A program made the position numbers and the translations under genes. From contig NC_134035.1 in NCBI RefSeq assembly GCF_964204645.1, forward strand, positions 13,238,451 through 13,302,450: DNA of 64,000 nucleotides. The letters are read 5' to 3'. Every line of letters starts with the position of its first letter. The stretch's first letter is position 1. The notes under the pieces are model-generated. The model was not told the DNA's origin. It did not search any database and saw only the letters and a program-made list of their open reading frames with translations. Positions 63,011 to 64,000 of the stretch are shown in pieces. Source of the DNA: Tubulanus polymorphus. Its lineage: Eukaryota; Animalia; Nemertea.

Positions 63011-64000
63011 ACAAATTGTCCTTGAACGAACTTTCGTTACATAAATTCTTACAGTACATAATTTATAATTTGAATAGTCAAATGTTGGCAGCGATCGTAG
63101 TAATCTATTATCACAATTACAAGTCGTTATTATCGGCGCTTTTATCTGATATCAAACAAAGCCGAACTATATCGTGTACTTAAGTCGACAGTTTGAGAAT
63201 GTTTATTTCAGCATTTTCAATCGACGAATTTAAATCACCGAAAACTACTTAGAATCGAATCGAATTTATACAATTGAACACCACGCATTTATCAAAACCT
63301 TATCTATATAAAATCTTTGAAAGTTATGTCTCTCTTTTTCTAGCCTACGATCTTTATTCATATGATAATTATTTGACGTTTTCTCGCGGTCTCGTTTGTC
63401 ATTGAATTTGTTTTACCCAACTGTTCTATCTATTTTTGCAGAAATCCTTACAATGTGGGAAACTTGATAATCGGTTCAAAGAAGTAGAATAGAACCCCCC
63501 CCCCCCCCCCATAGACTCAGACATAGAGAACATAGAGATGTTGCTCCCCATTGATCGGACAGACAGTGACTGTCTGATATCAATACAGTTAAAACCTAAA
63601 ATATCACGTAAGAAAAAAAAAGAAAAATATTGTGGGTTTTCACTTCATTGTAAATTTAATAATATAATTTCAGATAAAAGATTCAAAAACGAAATTTATT
63701 GCTCAATAATTCGACTAAAACGACGTTTCACCTGACGATCGTCCCCAAATAAAGATCGTAGCGTAGTGGTTTTTCAATTTTTGATTTAAATGAATTAATT
63801 TCGTTTTTAATTATTTGAATTCGTATATATTGGGATTTGATGTTAATATCCTAACAAATCATGAACATGTAACTAACCTTTTGACTCCGTCAACGGCGTG
63901 GAAATCGTAGACTTATCCTGCGGTTTATCTGAATTATGTGACTCTGACATTTGGTTTTAATACCCGCTGCAACTGCTGCTGAAGGTGTAGTGTTCATATG

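Overview
This is eukaryotic, AT-rich DNA with GT-AG introns, from an invertebrate-like animal; the species cannot be determined from the sequence alone. I spliced eight intact protein-coding genes by hand. Three are tandem 11-exon L-gulonolactone oxidase (GULO)-like paralogues (10355-17458, 18808-22703, 24114-27990), preceded by an orphan extra exon 1. The others are a 4-exon Shisa-like single-pass membrane protein missed by the ORF track, NAP1-like histone chaperone (-), UVSSA (-) head-to-head with LCMT2/TYW4 (+), and a solitary intronless histone H1 with a 3' stem-loop. Introns and spacers are rich in MITEs, tRNA-derived SINEs and minisatellites. The main finding is the GULO array. All three copies replace the FAD-attachment His with Arg, and copies 2 and 3 also lose the conserved substrate-site Cys (to Val) and the Glu of the E-x-R motif (to Gln). 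These changes sit in a cluster of non-synonymous substitutions in otherwise near-identical, intact genes, suggesting neofunctionalised aldonolactone oxidases. Also notable: a TSD-flanked Penelope-like inverted repeat carrying a minimal hammerhead ribozyme, minisatellites apparently built from MITE sequences, and a UVSSA that seems to lack the DFVEVPEKEGYE TFIIH-binding/K414 motif. Family assignments rest on recalled motifs, not on database searches.
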